A stretch of 64,000 nt of DNA from Lingula anatina (GCA_051362555.1 CM120641.1:42290401-42354400); one strand, 5' to 3'; positions 49,786 to 63,037 are shown, counted from the first letter of the stretch. Program-made: numbers and translations. Notes: generated by a model from the letters alone, not told the origin.

Positions 49786-52111
49786 ACGATCCGGACGGGA
49801 CCGAAACCATGTGTACCGCCAGCGCTAACGCTGGTGGTACAATAATTTTAAGCTATAACATATAATCTATAAATAAGCTATATTTCAGCTACAACAAACG
49901 CATATCGAATTTTAAATTTTGTCTTTTTTCTAATTTTACAACCTACGGACGTTTTCAAATCTGTTAAACACAGCAATTTTGTATCGAAAATGCTTATAAA
50001 AATTATTCAAAAACGCCATCTCTTATTATTTTAACTGTTTAGACAATAACCTACATCAGTAATTATATCAAAGAGCAATTAACATTCAGCAATTAACAAG
50101 CAGCGGTGCCGGGAGGAGAGTGAGAAACGAGCAACCTCTGTTCCCTTCTACTTCAGAAAACCACAGTTCTCAGACCAAAGAGAGAGAGAGAAACCACCGT
50201 TCGGTTCCAACTGAAAAAAGTAATTTTAAAAGTTATTCAATTTTATTGAAATTTTCAGAAGACTATATACAAGTGAGGTATAAACATAATTCTGTCACGT
50301 ATGGCAACCAAACCACGCACTCAAATATAAACATACATTGAGATATTATTTTTATAAAAGTGCATGAGGAAATCACCTTCATAGTGACTCATCTAACACT
50401 CAAATCTTTACTCTGGCACAATTACATGCAATGAAAAACTCATTCCATTTTCTCACACTGTGTACTACATGAAGAAGTTCGTTTCAAAGTATTAGTTTAT
50501 CTGTCCTGGAACCATGGAGAATAAAAAATACTTCATCCAACCCCAAGGAAGAACAGACGTTACCGTCACAAATTGAAAACTTTCAGCTGCGGAAGTGTAT
50601 TACTCAGTTTGAAAATTCTATCAAGACTGCTTTTCTTTATTTTTTTTCTAAACTTATAATTTTGTAAAAAAAAAATCGCAATTTTCTGTATAGAGCGATT
50701 AATTATTTTTGTGCGATTGTAGTTTGTCACTGAATATTTAAAAGGATAAAATCGGCATGCTGACAACAAAAGAAGCATAAAATGAACTATTCTTATTTGT
50801 GGTGCAAAATTATTTCAGAAATGTCTACTTACACAGGAAAACGCTATATGCTTCAGTCGTTAACAAAACCCCTGTTACCTAATGCACCAAGTGCTTGGGC
50901 AAGAATAATCTTTTTTTCGGACGATTTTTCTGGGAACATACGTTACGCTTTAGCCATGACGCAAACCCCCCTGAGTTACAGTTTAAATTATTTCTAAGAC
51001 GTCATTATGTCAGCTTTTATTTGCCATGAATGAATCAATACAACATATTTGGAACATGATACAAGAAAATAAAAAACGTATCACCAGAAACAACTAAGTA
51101 CGAAAAAGCTAAAAAAAAAAAAAAAAAAAGCTTGCCGCTGAATTCCCAATTAGACACTGAATAGATTCCCCGCGGGGATTACGCAGCAAGCATTCAAGTT
51201 GGCCGGCCATATTTGATCCTCGGATTTGTAAGATTGCATTCACAACGAGTTGAGCCAGGCTTAACAAATCCTGGGGATTAAATATGGCGGACGTACATGA
51301 AAGAAAAACCGCCTAATCTTTTAATAGTCTCTCCGCCTCTCACACGCCTCCCCATGTGTCGTCCCAATGGAGCCGAAATTTAATGACTGTACCCCTGCAG
51401 GGACGACGCATGGAGAGGGTGAGTAACGGTGTGTGTGTGTGCGTGAAGGGGAGGGATTACGGTGCCGGGGAGTAACGGTGTGGGAACGTGGGCCTACTAC
51501 AGTAGTAGGCCTAAAGATGCGGGATGTAAAGAAGTGTAAATGTGGTGCGGGGTACAGCACATGTACATGTAAGGCTATCAGTGCGTGAGAGGATCGGTAC
51601 GGTGCATGTGGGGACGTATAGACTATTAGGGACGTAATAAAACGGTGGCTTCCATCGACACCGGCATGGATGGAGATTGAGGGCAACACTGAGGGTTTCA
51701 CTGGTAGGCCTACGTATCAATTATGGAAGGGTGCAAGTATATTTCTATGGGAATTTCCGGTCATTTAAGATTAATCAAGTTAACCCACAGTAGAAACAAG
51801 CCAACTTTGTTGTGAGGCTCTGTATTAAAGAAAAAAAAACAAAACTTTACAGGAAACGCATTTTCAAGGTTCATACCAGAACATTGATGGCTTGGGGGTT
51901 TGTGTCATTGTGTGTGTGTGTGCACTTATCCCCCCCCCCCTCCCCCCATACACACACTGGGAACGAGGCTTAATTACGAATGGTGTCATTGTTCGATCTT
52001 CTCTGGCCACAGGATACGCTACTTGTCTACAAAAATGTTGAAAGCGCATAACGTGATTTTGTGTAGCATTTTGGTGGGCCCCTGAAATCAGATGGCACAT
52101 GTTATTGTAGC

Positions 52112-52275
52112 GGGGCCGTAGCGATAGTCCGAAGGTTCAATAGTCCGAAGGTTCATTGGTCCGAATGTTCACTATACATGTAGAACCTTCGGACCAATGA
52201 ACCCTTGATAAAAAAATCCATAAAAATGTTACCACTTATCGGACCAATGAACCTTCGGGCTATCGAGACGCCCCC
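52112..52275. mobile_element. MITE with internal TAGTCCGAAGGTTCA repeats
   Basis: GGGGCCGTAGCGATAGTCCGAAGGTTCA ... TGAACCTTCGGGCTATCGAGACGCCCC inverted ends; a diverged relative lies at ~61825-61967. Confidence 0.7.
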
Positions 52276-53708
52276 ATTGTATCCCGTACAGATTCGGATT
52301 CTTTATTGACAAACACCTTCACATGCAAGGTACAATAAATAACAGCACAACTAACATTAAACGTTATAGAGCTAAAATACATGTACATGTAAATAAAAAA
52401 AAAATATGAATCTCACTGTGATGTCTTAACAAATATGATTGGGGTCTCTGCACCCCCCCTCCCCCCCCCCCCTCCTCCTTCTACATCTCCTACACAAAAA
52501 CATGCCCCTCGGCGGAGGACCCTGCAGTCTCTGCAATAGTATGATTTATATCAGTTAGGTGATGAAATCCGCATACCATCATAAGTACTGAAAACGGTCA
52601 ATGTTGTGCAAGGGAACCCGGAAGTTACTGCGTTTTAAGAATAGTTCCATTCAAATTCGTTTAAAATTACATCAAGTCAAGCACGTACTGTAATTACTTC
52701 ACCACTTATTTATTTTCTAGCATTTTTGTGCTTGTTTTTGAACCTTTATGACCAGCCCCATGATTCATTTTATTTGCATACTTTGAGTATATGTATATAA
52801 TTTCATTCAGGAGATGGGGTGGAACCAATCAGATAATGTACATTTTCCTGTTGGGTTCTAATTGTTTTTAACACGACTACCAGTAGTAATAAACACAAAG
52901 ACTTAGATGAGGGGTGAGTTTTCTGTGCAATTGAAAGCTTTGTTTTAGTTTTAAGTTTTTAATTTTCAATAAACAACTGATATTTGAATGCAATATGTGA
53001 CGGATCCTTTCCTAAGCCTTCACTAAAATAAATTTGGAAGCTAAGTCATACAGTGTAATGTTGAAGCATTTAATTTTATACAATACAGGTACATGAAGTA
53101 ATTTAAGTACGTATATGCACATGTGCTGCGTGTGTACTCATCACTCAGTTTTATTATGTACCACATTTCATTATCACGAATACTGAATAGTATTGAGTCA
53201 CCTTGCTATACCCGAAAAACTGTTTTGAGTCATCATGTACACGGTGTATGATATTTTCCTGTTTTACATGTATTTGTCAGCAGTCCTTTATATCAGCCTC
53301 AGTAATTGGGATGTCACATGTGATGGAGAATATATATTTGTACTGTAATATTGATACTTTAGGAACTTGTACAGGTGTCACATATACTTACAGTTTTGAT
53401 ATACTAGTAAATTGGACTTTCTTAAATTGCAAAATACCTGTACATGTATGACTAATTTTGACAGTACTTACTACATGTATATGCCTACATGCATGTTGAT
53501 TAAGAGCTACAGTTTTGAGCATTTCGAAATTTCGCAATTGTAATTTAAGTTGTTGTTCTACAGAATAAGGTATTGCATGGTCATATGCCTCCTGAGTGTG
53601 AATAATACTGTAATTTTGTGAAATTGAATCAGTGAAAACATTTGTGTAATTAATTATAAAATAGTTTTAAAATTCTGATCAATTTCTTTGCAGTTCTAAG
53701 AGTTGAAA

Positions 53709-56700
53709 ATGGTGAAGGTCCAGTTGTTTCAGATCAACTTCAGTAATCCCAGCAAGGTGTTCCTGGCTGGACAAGTAGTCAGTGGTCAAGTGGTGCTACA
53801 GTTAAGGGAACCTACAAAACTCAATGGTAAGTACTGTATACTGTATATTATAAAGTTGTATACTCTGTGGGAAATTTGTGCCCTTACTAACGTGGTGTTA
53901 CCGTTTTATAACATTAAGTAAATGGTTTTAACACATTCTCACATTTGAATGACTAGGAGGTCCACTACATTTTGAATTTAATCCCATCAGTCAGTCACAT
54001 GTTGCTAGAAAGAAAAGGTTGTATCATTGATGAAATTATAATTTCAGTATTCAGGCCCGTAGCCAGGGGGCTGTTCGGGGGGTTCGAAAGAACCACCCCT
54101 TTTGCTGGGAAAAGGTCCACTCTGAGTAAAATTTGATCTAGGTACATGACGTTTTTATGGGAAAAGGTCCACTTTTTCAGAAAAAGAACCCCCCTTTTGA
54201 AATTGCTGGCTACAGGCCTGGTATTCCATATGATATTTTGAATTTATTTTTAACTTGTTATTATATTTACTTACAATATTAAAAGCGGATAGTAATATCC
54301 ATTATTTACAGTGTATTGATCATTGCCCTACATGTAAAACACCAAATTATACTGTAAAATTTTGTTCCAGCAATAAAACTCCATTTGCAAGGCAAAGGCA
54401 AGGTCCACTGGAGAGTGACCAAAGGTTCTGGAAACAACAGGCGGACTGTCCACTACAGAGCAGAAGAGGTATACTTTGACCAGATAGTCTTACTCTATGG
54501 AAACAACCAAGGTAAATATTGTGGAACAAAGTGCCATTTATGATATGGTTTCCCATTTATCTCAATGTTTGATATCTGGGGTAGCACTAACGCTCACCAA
54601 TTTAGCCAAATGCTAAAACTGACTTAAATTGGCTAAAGAAAGGGGGATTGATTTTACATGTTTTAGCCAAATTATAACCATTTTGATAACAAATTGACAA
54701 AAATGTGGTGATTTGCCTAAGTGAAAAAAATTGCTAGCGCTACCCCAGGATATCATGATTTATTTTTTATTTCTATAAGATAATCCGTAGTTCCTAGGAT
54801 TTCTATATAGTAATGGTTTAGTGGTAATAATCACTTACTTTGGAGCAAATTATATATGTCAGGTCTACCATCATTAAAATACCTATGGTCATTCAGCTTG
54901 TTGATGCTCTTGTGACAGGAGAAAAATATAACTCTTTCTTAAGTAATTTGTCCCAAAGAAAGTGAAAATTATCTCCAAGATGTTAGTCAATATGATCTGT
55001 TTGTTTTTCTGCACAGCCCAGGCAGTTACCCACCCAGGAGGGCGCCATGAGTACCCCTTTCACTTCCAGATGAGAGCCAATCTGCCATCTTCTTTCGAGG
55101 GAGAGCATGGCTATGTGCGGTATTTTTGTAAAGCCTTCATGGATAGACCGTGGAAATACAACCACGAGTCCAAGCATGCATTTACAGTGATCAACACTCT
55201 GGATTTAAATAATGAACCTGCCTTGATGGTACGTATTGGGAGACATATACTGACATTGTAACTGGACATTGGAAGATGTTTTGTGTTCCACGTGACTTAG
55301 GCTCATTCCCATCGACATTAACTCAACCATATATAACAAATCAATCATCAGACAGACAGATAGGGGCCAGAACTTTCCCAGAACCTGGCATATTATTGGC
55401 ATCAACATCATATGACAGACTTATTAAAATGCTTTCACAAATTTCAAGCAGGGGCATAATTTTTTAATGCATGTAATATCATTTCAGAATCCCATTCAGG
55501 GTAGTCAGTCATCAGAAGTGAGCTGTTTGTGTTGTGCTTCGGGAAATGTATCAGCGAGCATGAAAGTTGAAAGGCAGGGTTATGCACCTGGAGAAGAGAT
55601 CAGAATCTGGGGCGAAGTGAGAAACAATAGTAATTCAAGTGTACAAAGAGTTGAGGCTACGCTGACCCAGGTAAGTGAGATGTCCAAGGTGAATGTCAGT
55701 GGTTATGGTACAGGCCCAAAGCCAGCAATTTCAAAAGGGGGGTTCTTTTTCTGAAAAAGTGGACCTTTTCCCATAAAAACTTAATGTACCTAGATCAAAT
55801 TTTACCCAGAGTGGACCTTTACCCAGCAAAAGGGGCAGTTCTTTCGAACCCCCTGAACACCCCCTGGCTACGGGTCTGTGGTAGGTGAGAGTGTGGCCAG
55901 CTTGTGTGGGTCACTCCTTCCTTTGGGAGATTTGTAGGTACTCCCTGTACTGATCATGACTGAAAGAAAGAAAGTCGGTGATCAATTGTGATTATTTTAA
56001 AACTGAATTAATTAAAAACTTATAATATAAACAATTATACTTATCTTATGCTAGCATATATATCTTTTTTTGCCAAATACTACAACTGTATATGCATGTG
56101 TAATTTATTTATTAAAGATGTGTTTAAAAAAAAGACAGAAATGTCTGATTAGATTTAACTGATACTTACTGAATGTATGAAGAATGAGTTATTTTACTGA
56201 AACAGAAAAATGCCAGAATGTCCCTAAATTAATTGTAGAAAGATTCTCCATATCGTTCTAATAAATGTAATTTACCTGTTTGTTGTCAAATTAAGTAATG
56301 ACTAATTATATGTAAGTTCTAATAATGCTCATCTTTTCAGCATGTGACATTCTATGGTAAGTCAGATTCCATGTTTTCCTCTGGGAGGTTTAAAGAAAAG
56401 GAGGTGAAGCAAGTCGTGGCATCACATACAAAAGGACTGATCCCCGAACAGAATGTACAGGTATGGGATGGTGTCTGCATGAGAATTCCATCTGTGCCTC
56501 CATCGAGACTCCAGGGCTGCAATATCATCAACATCACATATCGGATCTGTGTAAGTTTTTTTTTATTATTATTTTTTTTTCAAATTGGCTAGGTATTCAG
56601 AAAAGTGAATGTTAACAGTTACCAGTGCTATTTGACATGTATGGTGGATGGGGTGTTTATGTTCTGATGTTTTACTTGTATGAAAAGATTTTCTTAAATT

Positions 56701-58096
56701 TACTTATTTGCCTCCCTCCCCTCCCCCCCCCCCCCAAAAAAAAAAAAAAAAAAGAGGGAGATTTACTCAAATTCTCTTAAATGCTTGCAAAACTTTTTAG
56801 ACTTTTTAAATGTCACTTAAACCATTTGTTTCAGACAATTGCCTGTTATTTTATGTCAAAAGATGAGAGAGTACTTATAAATTATTAGTGATAGCATTCT
56901 GGTTTTGATTGCATGTTGTTAAAATATGTTGCTTTCAATATGCTGGTTTGATAAAGTTTCAAATTTTTATCATTATAGTTTTATTATATTTTTCTTGTAT
57001 AGCTGGTATACACCCTTCACAATATTACTTGTGGCAAAGTGTTGATTGGTACAATAAAAAGTATTTAGTGTACATTGTTTTTATTCACAGGTAAGGGTTG
57101 ATGTGCCGTATGGCACTGACATCAAAATTGGGTCAGAGATTGTGGTTGGAACTGTTCCATTCCGTGCTCCCCCACCACCAGCATCAACATTGCCTCCTAG
57201 CTACACCCTGGCTCTCAATGCTCCACAGCCAGTTCCAAGTGCTCCTCCCATTACAACACAGCCAGGGGCCATAGCAAGTGCTCCGCCATTCTCAGGGTAT
57301 GATGAAGGTGAGTATACTACAAAAATAAACATAATTTCTGTTGCATTTTTTTGTTTATTTATTTATTTATTTATTTATTTATTTTTTTTATTTATTTTTT
57401 TTTTTTTTTTTTTTTTTTTTTGTATCCTGGAATAAATAGATTGGGATACATTTTGTGCTGCGGTTTGAGAAAATGCACATTTCAGTGACATTTTTACCAT
57501 TCTTATTGTTTTGATGAAGATGATAGATATTTAGTCTTCAGTGTATGATCCAGGGTAATTTTAAAAGACATATATAAAAAAGAGCATCCCCAACTTTCTT
57601 TACATAAATGATAATGCTTACAACTAAAGTCATGCAAGCTTTTTAAAATGGGAGTCAAGTAGAAGAGTGTTTCCAAACTCATGAAGGCATGTAATAAGAT
57701 AAACAATTTCTTAAACAGCATACTATCTTATTTTATCCTCAGTTGTATTATAGTGTATTGAATTTTTTCTGTAATATGTTGCACCTTATCAATGCAGCAA
57801 TGCTGTATTTATTACAATAAACTAACTTGATATTTATCTAGTTAATTTATTTGATTACAGCTCCTCCACCATCTTACGAAGAGTGCGTGTTTGGCCGTGT
57901 CCATATAAAAGATGACCAAGACACTGACCACACCACTGGGCAGTTTGAGTTTGCCCCAGTGTACCCCACTTTCCGTAGTGTGTATAATAACGGCGCATCT
58001 ACCTCTGCACAACCTTATGAACCACCCCCTGCGCCACCCTCTGCGCCACCTGAAGCCCCCTCTGCACCACCGCCACCTGATGATAATTGCATCTGA
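53709..58096 (+). CDS. Alpha-arrestin / arrestin domain-containing protein (ARRDC-like), ~438 aa
   Basis: Seven in-frame GT-AG coding exons: 53709-53826, 54371-54511, 55017-55228, 55488-55670, 56341-56550, 57091-57307, 57861-58096. Motifs VFLAGQVVSGQV, GRHEYPFHFQ..LPSSFEGEHGYVRY, GYAPGEEI, IPSVPPSRL..CNIINITY, IVVGTVP; C-terminal tail with two PPSY. An acceptor at 53693 implies an upstream non-coding exon. Confidence 0.92.
54052..54220. mobile_element. MITE with 5-bp TSD (GTATT) in an arrestin intron
   Basis: TIRs CAGGCCCGTAGCCAG / CTGGCTACAGGCCTG, flanked by GTATT on both sides. Confidence 0.85.
54576..54748. mobile_element. MITE with 5-bp TSD (GATAT)
   Basis: TIRs CTGGGGTAGCACTA / TAGCGCTACCCCAG, flanked by GATAT. 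Confidence 0.8.
55711..55878. mobile_element. MITE of the same family as 54052-54220, opposite orientation, TSD TGGTA
   Basis: Reverse-complement match to 54052-54220; TGGTA on both flanks. Confidence 0.85.
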
Positions 58097-59045
58097 GCAG
58101 GTTTGAGGAAAAAATCAGTATTGAAGCAGACGGACAAGATTGAATCATTGATATGGAATTTTCTCAATGTTATTATCATGTGAGACCAAACACCAAATGA
58201 AAGTTATGTGTCTGTCAGTTGCATATAACAGTAATCAGCATCTGAATTTAGCCATAATAATATTCGATCATGTGTAATGATGATATGGCAACTGCATTGT
58301 AGCTGAAGGATAGTATGTTTATTCTGAAGTTTAGTTTTTATCATCATATAGGCAGTACAATTGTACCTGAATATTGTATACTTGTAGGTTGATGATAATT
58401 GGCTTATGGTATTCTACCATATTTATACTTTTGCCTCATTTTAAAACTGTCATGGCAACAATAACTAGCTAGTCTGGCAGGGACGTCTTGGGATCAAATA
58501 GTAAATTAAGTGTAAAAATCTAATACTGTTATTATAAAAAACCCTTAAGCATGTGTAGTGCATGTATCATAAAATTTTATACTTGAATACATTAATAAGG
58601 CAGTTGTTAGACACATGTTAACTCCATATCATATGATATGTACTACATTAACTAAGTGCACTAATAAGTACATAGTGAAGTGTATCCCTATATTGACTGA
58701 AAATGATCACTGAGTTACTTTAATAACTTAGAAGTCATACATATAATGGCACTTTAACAAAATTAATGTGAACCAGTAAATAGTATATTTGAAGAGCTCT
58801 ATCAGCTTAATATGCGTATTTAAGGCATATAAGACCTGTTAGACTGTTATATGCCAAAAAAATTTATCTTCAATTTCATTGCTTTTACTTTAATCATCAA
58901 ACTATACCATTTCCAGAAGTGTTGACAAAATATAAATAATTATCTGCGAATCTGTTTGCAGGTTCTTAGTTTTTAATTTGAGCATCTGGTAACAGTAAAA
59001 GTAGATTTTTTTAGAAATCAAAAGCAGCTTCATAGATTGATTTAA

Positions 59046-59381
59046 AGGGGTAATAACTCTTCGTATGAGATCTATATTTCACAATAAAAACCTTGTGAAT
59101 AACTCATAGAAATATAGTATATTCTGTTTTACCACAAAAAAGCAGTTATAGCTATTATTCTGATATCTGAGCTTGTCTTTAGACCACGTGACCTCCATTG
59201 ATGGCTATACTATGTTAAAATCTCTTAAGAGATTTTAACAAAAAACCAAACTTTTTAGAAAAAAACCAGGGACCAACTTTGAATGTAAAAATGGATTCAT
59301 TAACCATTGGAAAGTATGGGAAAATTGTTGTTTACTCCAGGAAAATTCATTTTTTGGCCGAAACGAAGAGTTATTATTGCT
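59046..59381. mobile_element. Internally deleted, inverted copy of the TTAA-TSD MITE at 6907-7522
   Basis: TTAA|AGGGGTAATAACTCTTCGT ... AACGAAGAGTTATTATTGCT|TTAA; the same 26-bp palindrome at 59214-59239. Confidence 0.8.
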
Positions 59382-59551
59382 TTAACATTAAAAATTTTCT
59401 TGCAGTTTTGGGTAGTATATACCTCAGCAGCTATGGATATTTGCTTACTTATTTATTGCAGTATAAAGGTGTAATACACATTGTATGCCTTATAAATAGT
59501 TGTAGCAGGAATATGGAGCAGTAGAGTGTTTGTACTGTATAGTATTATTAT

Positions 59552-59554
<3 letters not shown>

Positions 59555-59615
<61 letters not shown>
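59555..59615. repeat. (TA)n microsatellite
   Basis: About 30 TA units, read directly. Confidence 0.95.
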
Positions 59616-59618
<3 letters not shown>

Positions 59619-59798
59619 TAATCTATAATGCAAAAAAAAAGAAGGAAAAAAGGATCAGTTGGTTGTTGTGAATGAAAAACGTATTCCCTTGATGTGAAAA
59701 TCAAATGGTATCTCAGGCTTTTTAAATGTTGCTTCATTCCATTTTAGGTTTGGGAATTGTAATAGAGTGGTTTGGTGTTGCAGAAAAAAACTGCCATA

Positions 59799-59974
59799 GA
59801 GCACATTCAGAAGAGCGGACTAACAGATCTGCAGATCAAATATGGTGACAAATTTTAACAGCTTGCTGCTTAATCCACTAAATAGATTTCCCACGGTGAT
59901 TATGCAACAAGCATTCAAGTGGTTTGGCCATATTTGATCTGCAGATCTCTGTGTTCGCTGTTCTGAATGTGCTC
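59799..59974. mobile_element. Fold-back MITE with long inverted arms
   Basis: GAGCACATTCAGAA...AGATCTGCAGATCAAATATGG vs CCATATTTGATCTGCAGATCT...TTCTGAATGTGCTC. The core AAGCATTCAAGT..GGCCATATTTGATC is also present at ~51188-51218. Confidence 0.75.
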
Positions 59975-62902
59975 ATATAGTCTTTTGACTAGGATATCTG
60001 TTGACTTGGGTTGCAGCAAGGATGTGCAGCATCAGTTGGACAAATCTGCATTTGTTTATTTATTCATGTTTCCTGTACCATATGTAATTTATACATGATG
60101 CATATTATTTTGATGTCTTTGCCAGATTTGTTGATATTTTTGGATGTGATGAAAGAATTTAAATGTGCACAGCTTTTTTAACTATAGTTCAATTTTTTCA
60201 ATAAACCTTGATCTAGTCCTATTTACAAAAGGAATTGCTACATAAGAATGCTGCATCGATATACATGTACCTGTAGATAGTTGACAAGAACACTGATAAA
60301 TGCACTTGCTTGCCTGATTGTGTGTGGATTTTTGAAGTTCACTTTGTAAATGCTAACTACATACTGACATTTTATCAAATTGAATTTTTGTAAATGTCTG
60401 CTCAGGCCTATGGACTCACACATATTTTTCAAATAAGTAAGACAGGTGTGATAAATATATTTTGACAATCAGCAGGCATCCACAAGTGAGTGTACAAACA
60501 TCATCCCTGTTCCCATCAGATTCAACTTAAATTAAAGTTTCTGCTGGGGTGGGAGGTTATGTAACAGAGGAATCGCAAAGGTTCCAAACCTTTGATTTTT
60601 TTCAATCCAGATTTTGTCATTCAGATACATTTGTGTGTATTCATTGACTGGCCTCCCAGATGTGCATCTTTTAATGCTGCAAGATCAGTTGCATGTCATG
60701 GTATGGCATTGTCTATCACATCTGGGTTACGCATCTGTAATATTATCAACTCATATATATACTAATATGTATTGATGTGATATTTGAATCAACTTTCATT
60801 ATGTAACATTTATCTAAGAGAGTCTTCATGTTGGAGTGAAAGCATTTTCTCCAGGATTTACACAAAGAAATAGCCCTTTGAAATTTAACAAGATGAGATC
60901 AGTGTTTCCATGTATGTGTGTAACACATGCTATTTGTATTTTGTGTGAAATGATAAAATTTTACAAATATTATTGGCAGCTTTTGTGGGCTTATGTGCAG
61001 AATTATGTATAGACTTGAATTAGCTCATGTTTAAAACACTAAATTTCCAGTGGAAAACAAACTGAAGGAATTTTTTTTTCCAAAACAGAATGGCAGATTC
61101 GACTTCATTCACTCCAAATAATAGGTAAGAATCATTCTAAGGCATATGCAGTAGTGCTGCAAAATTTGTCTTTGTGTTCATAGTTTTTCAAGATTCTTTA
61201 GAAGTGGGGATAGAAATGGAGGTGTCATACACCTACTTCATCATTTGTGTATTACAGGTACAGTGCATATATGCAAACACTTATTGTTTATAGATCTTGA
61301 TGTTTTTCAATTTTATACATGCATACTGGTATAATGGATTCATGATCTGACACCAGATTTTTTCCGCAACTTTGCAATGCTGGAAGCCCAAAATCTTTTT
61401 AGAACACTGATCTTATGCCCAGTTATTTGTAATTTGAAAAAATGTGGATAGAAGTAATTGGTGTTGACTGAAATCACCTCAGTGAGTTATATAAATGTGG
61501 TAAGAAATTTGTCTGAGCTGCTTACAGCAATGCTGTTATGTGTGAGTGTTTGTCTCAGCATAACGTATGTGTAGTGAATGTGTAGTGTGTATATGTAAAA
61601 TGTTTTTTTGGACTTCAGACTGTAAAGTGTAAGAAAATGGTGCTGCTGTAATGTCATGTTTTATTTTACTTATTCGTTTATTATTTTATTTACTTTGAAA
61701 AAGAAAATAAAAACTTTTGTCAAATGAACATGCATTTGTCACAATTTTCTTCACTGCATGGATCACTTACATGTATAAATACTGATTAGTAACGTGACTT
61801 AATTACTGATCTCATCTGAGAGAGGGTGCATGAGAATAGTCTGAAGGTTCAATAGTCCAGAAATTTACTACAGAACCTTCTGGCCAACAAACGCTTTTAT
61901 TTAAAAACTGATGAAAATGTTACAATTTTTTTAGACAAATGAACCTTGGAATATCGAGACGTACCCGGATCAGAGATGTAGCATATGTGAATAGGACATA
62001 TTTAAGCCATGAAATGGATTAAATGCAAAGAAATTGCATGCAATACATGTTGTCCCTAGGCCTCCTGAGAAAAAAAAAACTTGCCAAAAAGAAAGAAAAA
62101 TAATTACATTACACCACATATTAACTATCTTTCCTATGATTAGCAGAACATTTTTGGCCAAGGTTTCAAAAGAAAATTCCTTATTTACAGTAGGCTGCAC
62201 ACCTCGGGCATAAATTTTGGGACCAGAAAATTTCTCCTCTTGTGACACAAACAGATTAGCTGGGCAGTTTTGTAATCAAATTAAATTTCAATAAAGAACC
62301 AAAGGAAAAAAAAACCTTTCCGGGGCATTGCAGTGGCATATTTAGGGGGGTGTCAGGGGGTCTTGACCCCCCCCCCCTTTCAATTTCTGGAAAAAAAAAA
62401 CACGCCAATGGTCCACTCTTGAAATTAGAATTTTGACTAGCTGAATCATAGTTCTAACACACAATCATTCAAATCTTTAAAAATCCAGTCAAAATTACGA
62501 AAACTCGGAAAACATATGTACCAGTACGAGCAGTACAAAACCTGCAAAGCTGATTTCATGTTGACACTAAACTTGGCTCCAGTACAGAAGGCCTACCGAG
62601 GGGATAATAGTTCAAATGAAAAGCTTGGTATAAATACCTGGGAATATAAATTAATGCGGTTCCATATGATGATGGAAGCAAACGGCTATGAGTATGAATT
62701 CAGGCAGAAAGGTTTATAAACGACTGTATTTATCAATGAAAAACCAGTGCATTTAGTATCAGTAATTCCAAACTGAATAGCCAGGAGATACCAATAATCC
62801 TGTAATTGCTCCCTTCAGTGGCTAACTACGATGAATAAGAGAGAGCCGATAAGTCCGCTTTCGTTATGTCAAAATAAATTCCGTCATTGACACAGGATGT
62901 TG

Positions 62903-63037
62903 TTTCCCGCGAAAATGACTTAACGCGGGAAAACGCATGCGCCCTGTAGAGTAACTGTTCGCGCCTTTTAGGTCATGTGATCAGTTTATTGACATAAGCC
63001 AAAGCCCTTTAAAGCAATCCGGCAATCTGATTGGCTC
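62903..63037 (+). promoter_or_regulatory. Probable core promoter with E2F, NRF1-like, E-box and CCAAT motifs
   Basis: TTTCCCGCGAAA at 62903, GCGGGAAAA at 62925, CGCATGCGC at 62934, TCATGTGA at 62973 and CTGATTGGCT at 63028, clustered in a CpG-enriched patch 130-260 bp before the ATG at 63164. Confidence 0.55.

Larger units (their letters stand above)
45168..49843 (-). mobile_element. Helentron-associated non-autonomous element (HINE/DINE-1-like) carrying a satellite array
   Basis: Subterminal inverted repeats ATTGTACCACCAGC (45203-45216) and GCTGGTGGTACAAT (49830-49843). Hairpin GTACCGCCAGCG-CTAA-CGCTGGTGGTAC (49813-49840), adjacent 9-bp microsatellite, terminal hairpin GAGGCG-ATAC-CGCCTC and CTAGTT end on the - strand. 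No TSD seen. The flanks rejoin to the sequence found uninterrupted downstream of copies 2-4 (TTTCTGATCTCACATAATTTTAAG). Confidence 0.8.
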
